Shown here: positions 36,662 to 48,356 of the stretch, in pieces
Position numbering within the stretch: position 1 is the stretch's first letter
How the letters are laid out: the number at the start of each line of letters is the position of its first letter
Assembly: GCF_044647545.1 (NCBI RefSeq)
Contig: NZ_CP172818.1
Direction: 5' to 3' (one strand)
Source of the DNA: Escherichia coli
Lineage (GTDB): Bacteria > Pseudomonadota > Gammaproteobacteria > Enterobacterales > Enterobacteriaceae
DNA length: 64,000 nucleotides
Notes under the pieces: model-generated
Database searches by the model: none
Seen by the model: only the letters and a program-made list of their open reading frames with translations
What the model was told of the DNA's origin: nothing
Position numbers and translations under genes: made by a program

Positions 36662-37399
36662 ATGACGTTAACTGCTTCATCTTCTTCCCGCGCTGTTACG
36701 AATTCTCCTGTGGTTGTTGCCCTTGATTATCATAATCGTGATGCCGCGCTGGCCTTTGTCGACAAGATCGACCCACGCGATTGTCGTCTGAAAGTCGGCA
36801 AAGAGATGTTTACGCTGTTTGGACCTCAATTTGTACGCGAACTTCAACAGCGTGGTTTTGATATCTTCCTCGACCTGAAATTTCACGATATTCCCAACAC
36901 TGCAGCGCACGCTGTCGCTGCTGCAGCTGACTTAGGCGTGTGGATGGTGAATGTTCACGCCTCCGGTGGGGCGCGTATGATGACCGCAGCGCGTGAGGCA
37001 CTGGTTCCGTTTGGCAAAGATGCACCGCTTTTGATTGCTGTGACAGTATTGACCAGCATGGAAGCCAGCGACCTGGCCGATCTTGGCGTGACACTGTCAC
37101 CTGCAGATTATGCAGAACGTCTGGCGGCACTGACGCAAAAATGTGGCCTTGATGGTGTGGTGTGTTCTGCTCAGGAAGCTGTGCGCTTTAAACAGGTATT
37201 CGGTCAGGCGTTCAAACTGGTTACACCGGGCATTCGTCCGCAGGGGAGTGAAGCAGGTGACCAGCGCCGCATTATGACGCCAGAACAGGCGTTGGCGGCT
37301 GGTGTTGATTATATGGTGATTGGTCGCCCGGTAACGCAATCGGTAGATCCAGCGCAGACGCTGAAAGCGATCAACGCCTCTTTACAGCGGAGTGCATGA
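36662..37399 (+). CDS. pyrF: Orotidine-5'-phosphate decarboxylase
   Basis: Start [23 protein letters not shown] (245 aa); ORF-track entry over-extended by 20 codons. Confidence 0.95.
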   Translation: MTLTASSSSRAVTNSPVVVALDYHNRDAALAFVDKIDPRDCRLKVGKEMFTLFGPQFVRELQQRGFDIFLDLKFHDIPNTAAHAVAAAADLGVWMVNVHASGGARMMTAAREALVPFGKDAPLLIAVTVLTSMEASDLADLGVTLSPADYAERLAALTQKCGLDGVVCSAQEAVRFKQVFGQAFKLVTPGIRPQGSEAGDQRRIMTPEQALAAGVDYMVIGRPVTQSVDPAQTLKAINASLQRSA

Positions 37400-37725
37400 T
37401 GAGTGATTCCAACAGCCGTCTGGTCTACTCAACGGAAACCGGACGTATTGATGAGCCAAAAGCGGCCCCTGTACGCCCTAAAGGCGACGGTGTGGTGCGT
37501 ATTCAGCGTCAGACCAGTGGACGTAAAGGTAAGGGCGTTTGCCTGATTACCGGTGTCGATCTCGATGATGCCGAACTGACGAAACTGGCAGCGGAACTGA
37601 AGAAAAAATGCGGCTGCGGCGGAGCAGTTAAAGATGGAATTATTGAAATCCAGGGCGATAAGCGTGATTTATTAAAATCACTGCTTGAAGCGAAAGGGAT
37701 GAAGGTAAAACTCGCAGGCGGCTAA
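37399..37725 (+). CDS. yciH: SUI1/eIF1-like translation initiation factor YciH
   Basis: 108-aa ORF; start ATG overlaps pyrF stop. Confidence 0.9.
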   Translation: MSDSNSRLVYSTETGRIDEPKAAPVRPKGDGVVRIQRQTSGRKGKGVCLITGVDLDDAELTKLAAELKKKCGCGGAVKDGIIEIQGDKRDLLKSLLEAKGMKVKLAGG

Positions 37726-37730
37726 CATAA

Positions 37731-37756
37731 AAAGCCACGGATATATCCGTGGCTTT
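37731..37756. terminator. Bidirectional terminator between yciH and osmB
   Basis: Hairpin aaagccacgga-tata-tccgtggcttt. Confidence 0.8.
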
Positions 37757-37850
37757 CGAATATTTTACTGTGTGTATTATTCAGTTATTTCGTACTGAAC
37801 AGAATCAAGCGTATTATAATTGCGAGTCGATAATCGACATTTATTTACGA

Positions 37851-38069
37851 TTATTTACCGACCTGGTGACCAATAACACCACCGATGGCTGCACCACCTA
37901 ATGTACCCAACGTACTGCCATCGGTCAGTACTGCACCGCCTAATGCACCTGCGCCCGCGCCAATTGCGGTGTTACGGTCTCGTTTAGACCAGTTAGAACA
38001 GGCACTCAGAGACATTGCCAGGGTAATTGCCAGAACAGCCGCGGTCATTTTTTTGCTCGTTACAAACAT
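37851..38069 (-). CDS. osmB: Osmotically inducible lipoprotein B
   Basis: 72-aa ORF with lipoprotein signal peptide (lipobox LSAC) and Gly-rich mature part. Confidence 0.93.
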   Translation of the reverse strand: MFVTSKKMTAAVLAITLAMSLSACSNWSKRDRNTAIGAGAGALGGAVLTDGSTLGTLGGAAIGGVIGHQVGK

Positions 38070-38337
38070 AATACTCTCTCCTGAATTTATGATTCACGGA
38101 AGTAAGCTCTCTATAACTATAATAGCTAAGAATAAGCCTGGTGAAATTATTCCGTGAAATCCGCTCGCGCGCAGGGTTATATCACGCAGGTGATAATGAC
38201 TTCCTGTTATATCGCTGATAATAATTTTATATCTTGAGAGTGTTAATAACAGGTAAATAGTCTTAATTATCAACCAGGAATCATCTTAGAGCGGATGATT
38301 TGCCAAACTGCAAATCATCCGTAGAGAAGGGAAATGG

Positions 38338-39087
38338 TTAAATGTCAACGACGTGAACGGTGAGTTTACTGTGCTCAAGATGCATCAGATCGCTGGCGCG
38401 TATTTTCGAATCGGTAATCACGCGATTGAATCGCTCAACGGGGCCGATGGAGTATGAATGTACAGCACCAAATTTCGAGCTGTCAGTCAGGACTATCGCC
38501 TCGCACTCTTTTTCCAGCACGGCATTGACCACATCGGTACGCATCATATCGCGACCGGTAAACCCAGTTTCAGGTTGCCAGCCATCAATACCAATAAATG
38601 CTTTGCTGAAATGCACCTGTTGGATGCACTGGCGTGTCAATGGACCAACCATACTTTCGCTTTTTTTCTGGTACACGCCACCGAGCAAAATAACTTCACA
38701 AGGCGCGTCTTTCAGCAAATGCGCGATGTAGCTGCTGACCGTGATGATCGTGACATTTTTCTTCTGCTCGCCCAGAGTCCGGGCGAGCAGGGCATTGCTG
38801 CTGCCATTTTCGATAAAGATGGTTTCGCCCGGTTGAACCAGTGACGCGGCAAACTCGGCGAGTTCACGCTTCAGCGTATAGTTGCTCATCATACGAGTTT
38901 CGACGTCATCACTATCAAGCGATACTGCAAAGCCATGTGCACGGCGGAGGTAACTCAGTTTTTCGAGGGTGTTGAGATCCTGGCGAATGGTAACTTCAGA
39001 AACTCCAGTGGCTTTTGCCAGATCGGTTACGCTAACCTGACCCTGGTCAATGACCATCTGTAGAATAGTTTGTTGTCGGGAATTCAT
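38338..39087 (-). CDS. yciT: DeoR-family transcriptional regulator YciT
   Basis: 249-aa ORF with N-terminal HTH and DeoR C-terminal sensor domain. Confidence 0.9.
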   Translation of the reverse strand: MNSRQQTILQMVIDQGQVSVTDLAKATGVSEVTIRQDLNTLEKLSYLRRAHGFAVSLDSDDVETRMMSNYTLKRELAEFAASLVQPGETIFIENGSSNALLARTLGEQKKNVTIITVSSYIAHLLKDAPCEVILLGGVYQKKSESMVGPLTRQCIQQVHFSKAFIGIDGWQPETGFTGRDMMRTDVVNAVLEKECEAIVLTDSSKFGAVHSYSIGPVERFNRVITDSKIRASDLMHLEHSKLTVHVVDI

Positions 39088-39176
39088 CGCTGTAATTCTT
39101 ATAACGTTATAATACTAAATAAAAAAATACTGACGCGCCGGGCATCCTCAAATAGGAAAACCTGAAGGCACGATTG

Positions 39177-39350
39177 TTAAATCTCCCACGGTGCCTTCGG
39201 GATGTCTGGCGTAGATTCAGCAACCTGGCGCAAGAGTTCTGCTTTAAGTATCTCGAGATTATGGACCGCAGAGTGGTAATCGCCTGCCACAAGGATATCT
39301 AACACAATATCAATACGTTCGGCAACGCGCTGGGCATCAAATTCAGACAT
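39177..39350 (-). CDS. yciZ: UPF0509 protein YciZ
   Basis: Start trimmed to [17 protein letters not shown] (57 aa). Confidence 0.8.
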   Translation of the reverse strand: MSEFDAQRVAERIDIVLDILVAGDYHSAVHNLEILKAELLRQVAESTPDIPKAPWEI

Positions 39351-39496
39351 CAAGGACATCCTTATAGCAAAAGTGGAAAAGGAATAATGCAAAAATTGCC
39401 GCTAAAAGAGAAGTGTTTAACAGCAACGGCTAATTATCATCCAGTAATACGATATATAATGACGGAATATATCGCTAAGTATATATATTCATCTAC

Positions 39497-41482
39497 TTAT
39501 GCGCGCTTCAGATAGCGTTTATACCAGCGTTCGAAGGCGACGGCGGGCATCGGTTTGGCAAACAAAAATCCTTGCCGCTCATTGATCCCGTTCTTGGTTA
39601 AAAAAGCATCTTCCTTTTTACTCTCCACACCTTCAGCGATCACCTGAAGATTCAATGCCTGTGCCACAGCAACGATCGCCCGGACCAGTGACTGCGAGAC
39701 AGGCTGTTTGTGAATATCCCGAACAAAAACCTGGTCAAGTTTGATGGCATCGATCGGAAAGCGCGCCAGTTGCGAAAGTGAAGAGTAGCCGGTACCAAAA
39801 TCGTCCAGATGCACTTGCGCACCTAGTTGGCTAAATTGTTGAATAACAGACAGTGCAAGTTCATCATTCTCAATCAGGCAGCTCTCCGTCAGTTCAACAT
39901 CAATAGGGCAGTATTCAAAATTGAGTTCCTGGAGAACCTGTTTCAGGGCGGTGAAAATGGTTTGATCGGCGAGCTGACGTGCAGAAATGTTTACCGCCAC
40001 TCGCAGGTTAATACCTTTATCCCGCCACTTTGCCACCTGGCGTACGACATCGAGAATCACCCAACGGCCTAAAGGCACAATTAGCCCTGACTCTTCGGCG
40101 TAGGAAATGAAGTCCAACGGTGGAATCAACCCACGTTCAGGTGACTGCCAACGTACTAGTGCTTCCAGACTGCGCACTTCGCCACGCCAGGTGATTTTCG
40201 GTTGATAGTGAATAACCAACTGATCGTTTTCCAGTGCTTTACGCAAGTTGGTATCCAGCCAGAGATATTCAAATACCCGCTGATTCATTTCTGGAGTAAA
40301 AACGCAAAATTGTCCTCGTCCGCCTTCCTTCGCTGTGTACATTGCTGTGTCGGCGTGACGAATAATAGCCGCGCTGTCCGAACCATGTTCGGGAGAGAGT
40401 GAAATACCCACTGAACAGCTGGTATAAACTTCAATTAAACCAATGCGGAAGGGGAGTCGTAAGCGGGTCAAAATTCGTGATGCCATTGCTTCCAGCGCGC
40501 TTTGTGAGGTATTGGATGCCAGTACCAGAAACTCATCGCCACCTGGACGCGCCAACACCTGATCATGTTCGAGACAGCTTAAAATGGCCAATGACACGTC
40601 GCGTAATAACTGGTCACCAAATAAATGCCCATAGGCGTCGTTGACCTTTTTAAAATTATCCAAATCAAGATACACAACCCCAACTTTATTGTTATCTGCC
40701 TGATTAATAGCGTGATCGATTAACTCCTGCATTGCGTTACGATTCGGCAGTCCGGTGATACTGTCGGTATTTGCCAGAATACGCAGTCGCTCCTGAGCGC
40801 GGCGCTCTTCGGTAATGTCGGTGCCGGAACAGATTAAAAAAATCTCGTTCTTGCCACTGCCGCTGTGGACAAATTTATTGCGAAACAGAAACAGCCGCTG
40901 GCCTTTACGTGTTGGTATCCACAGTTCGACTTCATATGCATTGCCGCTTCGAAAAAATACACGGTTATTGCGCCTGGATGCCGCAGCTTCACGACGGCTC
41001 ATAAACAGTTTAAACACGCTTTGGCCAATGACGTCGTGTTCTTTCAACCCAGTGTAATCTTCACATAACCGATTGAAGCGTTGGATATTCCCCCGGCTGT
41101 CGAGAATCACTATTGCGGAATGTGCTTCAGAAACTACCTGCTCAGCAAAGGAAAGCCCGTGTGATAAATCACGAGCAACTGCCGGTGTGTCATGCCATGC
41201 AGACGCGTTGCCAGCCCATTCCCGTTTATTGATTTTTCGTCCTACCAGATGCACAGAAAGATCGCTTTCATCGACGGTCAGACTCATCATCAGGCTGGAG
41301 GTGATGACCGTCATTTCCCTGATGCGAGCAGCCTGTTCGGCAGATAACTGCAAAGTACGATCAGGTTCTGTGGTTTCGGTGGTAGAAAAGCGCAAAACAT
41401 CGCTGCTTTCCGTTAACCGCCAGTATGGATTGTGCGATCCGAGAAAGTTGTACAACGTTGTGGACTCCCTAACGGTTTTCAT
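39497..41482 (-). CDS. pdeR: Cyclic di-GMP phosphodiesterase PdeR (PAS-GGDEF-EAL)
   Basis: 661-aa ORF with PAS, degenerate GGDEF and EAL domains. Confidence 0.95.
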   Translation of the reverse strand: MKTVRESTTLYNFLGSHNPYWRLTESSDVLRFSTTETTEPDRTLQLSAEQAARIREMTVITSSLMMSLTVDESDLSVHLVGRKINKREWAGNASAWHDTPAVARDLSHGLSFAEQVVSEAHSAIVILDSRGNIQRFNRLCEDYTGLKEHDVIGQSVFKLFMSRREAAASRRNNRVFFRSGNAYEVELWIPTRKGQRLFLFRNKFVHSGSGKNEIFLICSGTDITEERRAQERLRILANTDSITGLPNRNAMQELIDHAINQADNNKVGVVYLDLDNFKKVNDAYGHLFGDQLLRDVSLAILSCLEHDQVLARPGGDEFLVLASNTSQSALEAMASRILTRLRLPFRIGLIEVYTSCSVGISLSPEHGSDSAAIIRHADTAMYTAKEGGRGQFCVFTPEMNQRVFEYLWLDTNLRKALENDQLVIHYQPKITWRGEVRSLEALVRWQSPERGLIPPLDFISYAEESGLIVPLGRWVILDVVRQVAKWRDKGINLRVAVNISARQLADQTIFTALKQVLQELNFEYCPIDVELTESCLIENDELALSVIQQFSQLGAQVHLDDFGTGYSSLSQLARFPIDAIKLDQVFVRDIHKQPVSQSLVRAIVAVAQALNLQVIAEGVESKKEDAFLTKNGINERQGFLFAKPMPAVAFERWYKRYLKRA

Positions 41483-41717
41483 GATGCATATCCTCCGGTT
41501 AACAGCGGAGTCCGCGGTTAAATAAAAGGAACAACATGACTTACATGAAATTAACGGCGGCTAAACGCATTGTTTTTTTTATATATTTATTTGTAATCCA
41601 GTTTTGGAAAAACGCCAGTTTTCAAACGAAAGTCAGTTAAAAAATCTGCCGGGATATGACGAAGGTGGAGCGGGGAAATAAACGGCCCATTCATGAGGAA
41701 TGGGCCGTGAAAGGAGA

Positions 41718-43652
41718 TTACGCGACCGGGCGCGCAATAATGCTGCGGGTTTCCATGCGGACTTCGGCAATGGTGACGTCAATAACGTCAGTCACTTTGT
41801 AAGCCGTTTCACCTTTAATTTGTACAGTGCCGTTTTCCTGGCTGCAAACCAGTTCATCGCGCACAGCGTGTAAGAAAGGTGCCGGAATAAAGGCGATAGC
41901 GCCGTTATCAACCAAACGAACACGCATGCCGCCACGGCTGATATCGACAATTTCCGCCGCGAAACGGGTGTCGGTCCCGGCTTTGTCTTTCAGGAAGCGT
42001 GCGTATAACCAGTCGCCAACATCACGTTCTGCCATTCGGTTGAGACGGCGACGCTCGGCCATTTGGACAGTGATTTCATCCTGCGGACGCGTCGCAGTTT
42101 CGCCTTTGATAACCGCTTTCAGCAGACGGTGGTTGATCATGTCGCCATATTTACGGATCGGCGAAGTCCAGGTGGCGTATGCCTCCAGACCGAGGCCAAA
42201 GTGAGGACCGGGTTCAGTGCTAATTTCAGCAAATGACTGGAAGCGACGAATGCGGCTGTCGAGGAAACCAGTTGGTTGCGCATCCAGTTCACGACGCAGT
42301 TTGCAGAAACCGTCCAGCGTGAGCACTTCTTCGGCATCGACATGCAGACCGTGGGTTTTCAGCAACGCTGCCAGCGCGTCGGCATTCGCCGGATCAAAGC
42401 CCATATGCACGTTATAGATGCCAAAACCGAGCTTATCGCGCAGTACGCGGGCCGCACAAATGTTAGCGGCAATCATCGCTTCTTCGACGATACGGTTGGC
42501 AATGCGACGAGGCTCGGCGACGATATCCAGCACTTCACCTTTTTCACCGAGAATAAAGCGGTAATCCGGGCGATCTTTAAACACCAGTGCGTGGTTATGA
42601 CGCCACTCGCCGCGGCGTTGGCAAATTTGCGCTAGCAAACGGACTTGTTCGGCAATTGCTTCGCTTTCAGGCTGCCAGTCACCGGTATTTTCCAGCCAGT
42701 CAGAAACCTGGTCATACACCAGCTTCGCTTTGGATTCGATGGTGGCGGCAAAGAATTCGATATTATCTTCAATGGTGCCATCAGCGGAGAGCGTCATGCG
42801 GCATGCCAGTACCGGGCGGACTTCATTGGCGCGCAGTGAGCAGAGATCGTCAGAAAGCTCGCGAGGCAGCATAGGGATGTTGAAGCCAGGCAGATAGTTG
42901 GTGAATGCGCGAATTTTCGCGGCTTTGTCCAGCTTGCTGCCTTCAGCAATCCACGCGGTTGGATCGGCAATCGCCACAATCAGCTGAAGTTTGTCATCCG
43001 GCAACGCCTTAGCGAAAAGGGCGTCATCCATATCTTCTGTGCTGGCACTGTCGATGGTGACAAAATCCAGCGCAGTCAGATCTTCACGAACCAGACCTTC
43101 ATCGAGCATTTCGGTAGCGACGCCGTCTGGTGCTTCTTTTTCCAGATTATGGCGCGCAAGGGTAACCCACCACGGTACAAAGTGATCGTCACCAAAAGTG
43201 ATGTATTGTGTCAGTTCAGCATAGAAAGAACGATCGCCTTTCAGCGGATGACGGCGCATTTCGGCAACCGCCCAGTCGCCTTCTTTAAACTCGTGGTTCA
43301 GGCCACGGGCTGCGCGGCAAGGAATGGCGTCTTTTAAGAGTGGATGATCAGGAACGATGGCCAGACGGTCATTTTTGCCCTGAACTTTACCCACGAAACG
43401 AGTCAGGAACGGTTCAACCAGTTCTTCTGGCTCTGCGGATTCACGTTCTTTTTCACTGTGGATCACCGCGATAATTCGGTCGCCATGCATGACTTTTTTC
43501 ATCTGCGGCGGCGGAATGAAATAACTTTTTTGCGCGTCGACTTCCAGGAAGCCAAAGCCTTTTTCTGTGGCTTTTACCACCCCTTCAGCGCGTGGCGTCT
43601 GGGAATGCAGTTGCTGTTTAAGCTGCGCTAGCAGCGGGTTGTCCTGAAACAT
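41718..43652 (-). CDS. rnb: Exoribonuclease II
   Basis: 644-aa [30 protein letters not shown]... with RNB catalytic domain and S1 domain. Confidence 0.97.
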   Translation of the reverse strand: MFQDNPLLAQLKQQLHSQTPRAEGVVKATEKGFGFLEVDAQKSYFIPPPQMKKVMHGDRIIAVIHSEKERESAEPEELVEPFLTRFVGKVQGKNDRLAIVPDHPLLKDAIPCRAARGLNHEFKEGDWAVAEMRRHPLKGDRSFYAELTQYITFGDDHFVPWWVTLARHNLEKEAPDGVATEMLDEGLVREDLTALDFVTIDSASTEDMDDALFAKALPDDKLQLIVAIADPTAWIAEGSKLDKAAKIRAFTNYLPGFNIPMLPRELSDDLCSLRANEVRPVLACRMTLSADGTIEDNIEFFAATIESKAKLVYDQVSDWLENTGDWQPESEAIAEQVRLLAQICQRRGEWRHNHALVFKDRPDYRFILGEKGEVLDIVAEPRRIANRIVEEAMIAANICAARVLRDKLGFGIYNVHMGFDPANADALAALLKTHGLHVDAEEVLTLDGFCKLRRELDAQPTGFLDSRIRRFQSFAEISTEPGPHFGLGLEAYATWTSPIRKYGDMINHRLLKAVIKGETATRPQDEITVQMAERRRLNRMAERDVGDWLYARFLKDKAGTDTRFAAEIVDISRGGMRVRLVDNGAIAFIPAPFLHAVRDELVCSQENGTVQIKGETAYKVTDVIDVTIAEVRMETRSIIARPVA

Positions 43653-43719
43653 AATTGTCTATTTTGGTGGCCATTAGAGCGGCTGACAGTTTTACGCGAA
43701 TCTGTCTGACGCGGCAAGG

Positions 43720-44835
43720 TTAATATGTCTCACCCAACGCGATTTTTAAGCGATTTATCCAGCCACACAGCCCGCTCCATACCAGCAGATTAATAATCTG
43801 CGTTGATGATTTTTCGTGTTCGAGTAATGGGCTGAACTGGGCGGCGCTAAAGCGATCGGGTGCTCGGGTCAGCCATTGTATCGCCTGAACGGTAGCGCGC
43901 TCAACAGAATGACGGTCAGCCCATTGGTTAATTTCATTTTCGCCCGCGCTGATTTTTTTATATTCATTTGATGAATCCATACAGGTGGCAAAACAAGCAG
44001 GACTGCCATTTATCCGCGCGCATAACAACGCCGCAAGCTGATTATCCGGCTGTGTATTGACCCGTGTGCTGTTTAGCAACTTTTCGAGAAGGGAAAGTGA
44101 AATAGGGTGGAGAGAGAGTGTTTCGGCCAGTTGGCAAAGTTCTGCAGTTGAACTTTTTGTGTGCTCTTCAGGGAGTTTTTCCACCTCATAGCTGCTTCGC
44201 CAGCGTATTGATTCATCAGCAAACAGTGACGCGTCGGCATAGTTTTGTATCTCCAGACCGGGTAACCAGCGTACCGGATGCCCGAGATAAGCCTGAAATG
44301 TCGCAATTGACCGCGCCTGAAAGCCAATAAAACCAATGATTTGGTTAATGATTACACAGTCCCAGGCAGTTAGGCCGACGTCATTCAGATGCTGGCGCGA
44401 TCGGTTGTCGATAATAGAAGGCGAGCTAGCCAGTTGGCGGGCATATTGCGTGATTTGTGCTAACCGATGATTACTTTCCCTGGAGGAATCAGGCCCGGGG
44501 AGCGGCGTAAGTCGCGCCGAATAGTAGTTACATAACCGTTGGACGCCGCAAACCTGAGCAACCGTCAGGGCCGTCGACAAGCGTTCATAAGCGGTGAAGG
44601 TCTGTGAACGGGTCACGGTAAGCTGGTCAGGGAACAACTCTACTGCAAGAACGCGCGCAGGGACCAGCCATGAAAGGAAGGGTGCCAGCGTTTCTTCATC
44701 AAGGATCACGTCGAGCAGAAAGGGATCGCTGACCTTTGCGGCTTCCGGGACCAGAGGTAGAACGTCATACTCCGCAGTACTGGATTGCGTTTCATGATAC
44801 CAGTGGCTTTTGCCGGTGATGTGGCGTTGTTCCAT
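43720..44835 (-). CDS. yciW: Putative oxidoreductase YciW (AhpD-like/CMD)
   Basis: ORF-track frame 43720..44913; preferred start [15 protein letters not shown] preceded by GGAG; start uncertain. Confidence 0.8.
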   Translation of the reverse strand: MEQRHITGKSHWYHETQSSTAEYDVLPLVPEAAKVSDPFLLDVILDEETLAPFLSWLVPARVLAVELFPDQLTVTRSQTFTAYERLSTALTVAQVCGVQRLCNYYSARLTPLPGPDSSRESNHRLAQITQYARQLASSPSIIDNRSRQHLNDVGLTAWDCVIINQIIGFIGFQARSIATFQAYLGHPVRWLPGLEIQNYADASLFADESIRWRSSYEVEKLPEEHTKSSTAELCQLAETLSLHPISLSLLEKLLNSTRVNTQPDNQLAALLCARINGSPACFATCMDSSNEYKKISAGENEINQWADRHSVERATVQAIQWLTRAPDRFSAAQFSPLLEHEKSSTQIINLLVWSGLCGWINRLKIALGETY

Positions 44836-44978
44836 GGGCGCTCCTTGGTCGTAAAGGAAATCGTTATCCTGACGCAAGGCGGGAAGGGGAGAAAGACGGA
44901 TCGGCGATAACAAATATCAGAAAGGTATAACAGAGATAACGGGCGGCAGAACGCCGCCCATCTTTACCAACAGAACGA

Positions 44979-45767
44979 TTATTTCAGTTCGAGTTCGTTC
45001 ATTGCAGCGATGCTGAAACCGCCGTCAACGTGGACCACTTCACCGGAGATACCGGCAGAGAGATCGGAGCACAGGAATGCCGCGGAGTTACCCACATCTT
45101 CAATAGTAACGGTACGGCGAATCGGGGTAACGGCTTCGCAATGAGCCAGCATTTTGCGGAAGTCTTTGATACCGGAAGCCGCCAGAGTACGGATCGGACC
45201 CGCAGAGATGGCGTTAACACGCACACCTTCCGGACCCATCGCGTTCGCCATATAGCGCACGTTCGCTTCCAGAGACGCTTTTGCCAGACCCATAACGTTG
45301 TAGTTCGGGATAGCGCGCTCAGCGCCAAGGTAGGAAAGGGTCAGCAGGGCAGAACCCGGATTCAGCATGGAGCGGCAAGCTTTTGCCATTGCAACGAAGC
45401 TGTAGGAGCTGATGTCGTGGGCAATTTTGAAGCCTTCACGGGTAACGGCGTTAACATAGTCACCATCCAGCTGATCGCCAGGTGCAAAACCAATAGAGTG
45501 TACGAAACCATCAAATTTCGGCCAAACTTTCCCCAGTTCAGCGAACATGGTGTCGATGCTGGCATCTTCGGCAACATCGCACTGCAGAACGATGTCAGAA
45601 CCCAATTGAGCGGCAAATTCTTCTACGCGGCCTTTCAGTTTGTCGTTCTGGTAGGTGAATGCCAGTTCAGCTCCTTCGCGGTGCATCGCCTGAGCGATAC
45701 CGTAGGCGATGGACAGTTTGCTGGCAACACCGGTTACCAGAATGCGCTTACCGGAAAGAAAACCCAT
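44979..45767 (-). CDS. fabI: Enoyl-[acyl-carrier-protein] reductase (NADH)
   Basis: 262-aa [55 protein letters not shown]... Confidence 0.97.
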
Positions 45768-45924
45768 AGCTTTAATCCTTATTGTTGATGCTTGTTGTGC
45801 CTGAAAATCAGGCGATTCGTCGTTTTAGTAAACAGTACGAACAGATAAACGGTTATTATAATCAACCTGGCTGTGGGTGGCTATAGTTGCCAGGTCCGAC
45901 CGGAGCAGGCTGCGGCAGGGGGGG

Positions 45925-46150
45925 CGCTTTTCCCCTCACCCTAACCCTCTCCCCAGAGGGGCGAGGGGACCGTATTGTGCAAATATTGTTACCCCAGCAA
46001 CAAACAGGCTCATACAGCCCCTAACCCTTTCATGGCGATGGCTGGGACGGTTCAGACCTTGCCGAATATTCTCCAGCACCGTCTCCATGTTTTCACCACA
46101 ACAGCTATTCGGCTCGGTCTGCCCCCTCGCTCTTTCAGGGAGAGGGTGAC
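45925..46150. repeat. GC-rich imperfect-palindrome intergenic repeats (box C-like) plus a ~40-bp imperfect direct repeat of the ycjD 3' end
   Basis: ttcccctcaccctaaccctctccccagaggggcgaggggacc (about 45929-45971) and gccccctcgctctttcagggagagggtgacc (about 46121-46151); cggttcag..gaatattctccagcaccgtctcc occurs at about 46048-46087 and again at 46154-46192. Confidence 0.55.
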
Positions 46151-46488
46151 CGGCGGTTCAGTTCCTGCAGAATATTCTCCAGCACCGTCTCCTCATTACA
46201 ATCAATCTCGTTATTCCAGAAACGCAGCACGGTCCAGCCCTGCGACTCAAGCCAGCTAGTGCGCCTGGAATCATAGGCAACTGCTAAATCATGCTGCCCA
46301 CCATCCAGCTCAACGACTACACGCGCCGAGCAGCAAGCAAAATCGAGAATGTAGCTCCCCACTGGATGTTGACGGCGAAATTTGAAATCACTAAAACGTC
46401 GGCTGCGAAGATATCGCCAGAGCTTTCGTTCCTGCAAAGTGAGATTGCGTCTTAAATCACGCGCATTTGATTTAATTTTATCTATCAC
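46135..46488 (-). CDS. ycjD: DUF559 (Vsr/endonuclease-like) protein YcjD
   Basis: 117-aa ORF, apparent GTG start. Confidence 0.85.
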   Translation of the reverse strand: MIDKIKSNARDLRRNLTLQERKLWRYLRSRRFSDFKFRRQHPVGSYILDFACCSARVVVELDGGQHDLAVAYDSRRTSWLESQGWTVLRFWNNEIDCNEETVLENILQELNRRSPSP

Positions 46489-46555
46489 CTCATTCTGACA
46501 AGATTTAATCTTTTGTCAGAATGAGGTGAATAATCTGGAAGGAGGATTCAGAAGA

Positions 46556-47362
46556 TTAACGGTCCTTACGCCACGCATCCGCCGTCAATGCCTCGCCAAA
46601 ATGACCGGCGATCAGCCGTTTGGTGAGTTCATGCAGCGGCGATGCCAGCACATCCGCGGTGCTGCCTCGCTCGACAACCTCGCCCTGATGCATCACCAGC
46701 ACCTGGTCGCTAATGTGCTTCATCATTCCGATATGCTGGGTAACATAAATATACGAAATGCCCTGTTTTTCCTGTAACTCCAGCATCAGGTTAATCAACT
46801 GCGAACGCATCGACATATCCAGTGAGGCGAGGGCTTCATCGGCAATAATGACTTTTGGGCGCAATATCAGCGCGCGCGCCAGACCCAGACGCTGTTTTTG
46901 CCCGGGTGCCAACATATGCGGATAGTAACTGACGTGATCCGGTAGCAGCCCAACCATACGCATCGTTTCAATAATCTGTTTGCGACGCTGTTCCGGTTCC
47001 AGATCGGTGTTCAGACGCAGTGGAAAATCCAGAATTTGCGAGATACGTTGACGGGGATTCAACGAGGTCGAAGGATCCTGAAAAATCATGCGAATACGCT
47101 GACTGCGGAAGGAATAATCGCCAAAATGCAGCGGATGATCGTCAATCAATAACTCGCCGCTGGTAGGTTCTATCATTCCCGCCAGCATTTTTGCCAGCGT
47201 GGATTTACCCGAACCATTCTCGCCAATAATCGCCAGTGTCTGGCCTTCACGTAGCGTAAAGCTCAAGGGTTTTACCGCTTCTACGGTCTGACGACGAAAC
47301 CAGCCGGTCCGGTAGCGGAACGTTTTACTTAAATTACGCACTTCAAGTAGCGTTTCGATCAT
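46556..47362 (-). CDS. sapF: Peptide/putrescine ABC transporter ATP-binding protein SapF
   Basis: 268-aa ORF with Walker A GENGSGKST. Confidence 0.95.
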   Translation of the reverse strand: MIETLLEVRNLSKTFRYRTGWFRRQTVEAVKPLSFTLREGQTLAIIGENGSGKSTLAKMLAGMIEPTSGELLIDDHPLHFGDYSFRSQRIRMIFQDPSTSLNPRQRISQILDFPLRLNTDLEPEQRRKQIIETMRMVGLLPDHVSYYPHMLAPGQKQRLGLARALILRPKVIIADEALASLDMSMRSQLINLMLELQEKQGISYIYVTQHIGMMKHISDQVLVMHQGEVVERGSTADVLASPLHELTKRLIAGHFGEALTADAWRKDR

Positions 47363-47363
47363 C

Positions 47364-48356
47364 TCACTCTTTCTCCATGTTCAGCGGGAAATGACAGGCA
47401 TAGAGATGATTTTTCGCCCCCGTCAAACGTGGCGTCACAATGCATTCTCGTTGTGCATACGGGCAACGCGGCCCCAGACGACACCCAATCGGTAACTGTT
47501 CCAGCAGTGGGATAGCGCCGGGCAGCGTATTGAGGCGACTTTTATGCGGCATCGCGCTGCCGAAGTCTGGTATCGCGCGGATCAGCGCCTGGGTATAAGG
47601 ATGATGTGGCATTGTCACCAACTCCTTACTTGGCGCGGTTTCCACCGTTTGACCGCAGTAAAGCACGTTAATTTTATCCGCCCATTGGCTAAGCATTTGT
47701 AAGTCATGGCTGATAAGCAAAATAGTGGTATTGCTGTTTTGGTTGAGACGCGTCAGCAGGCGAAAGATTTGCGCCTGGGTTGTTGGCTCCATTGAGTTTG
47801 TCGGTTCGTCAGCAATCAGCAGACGCGGTTGATTCGCCAGTGCAATGGCTATCATCACTTTCTGACATTCACCTTCGGTCAACTCATAGGGAAAACTGCG
47901 CATCGCATCTTTGTGATCTTTAATCCCCACGCGGTGCAGCAGTTCAATGGCACGGCGTTTGCGCCAGCCAAAACGCTGCCACCAACGGCCTTTATAGGTC
48001 CAGGCTGGGATGTTTTGCATCAACTGGCGACCCACACGTTCTGAAGGGTCAAGACACGACTGCGGTTCCTGGAAAATCATCGACACGTTGTGACCAACCA
48101 GCTTGCGCCGTTCGCGTGCGGAGAGACGCAGCAAATCGATATCATCAAAACGCATACGATCAGCTGTGACACGCCAGTTATCTTTATTCACCCCACAAAT
48201 CGCTTTCGCAATCAAACTTTTGCCGGAACCTGATTCGCCAACAAGACCGCGGATTTCACCTTCGGTTAAGGTCATACTTACGCGGTCGACGGCTTTAACC
48301 CACTCATCACCGGTTTTAAATTCAATGGTCAGGTTACGAATATCGAGTAATGGCAT
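47364..48356 (-). CDS. sapD: Peptide ABC transporter ATP-binding protein SapD
   Basis: 330-aa ORF with Walker A GESGSGKS. Confidence 0.95.

Noticed and set aside
45975-46259. 94-aa + strand ORF spanning the fabI-ycjD spacer
   Set aside because: Runs through the GC-rich palindromic repeats and antisense to the ycjD 3' end; low-complexity Pro/Ser/Arg-rich translation with no RBS.
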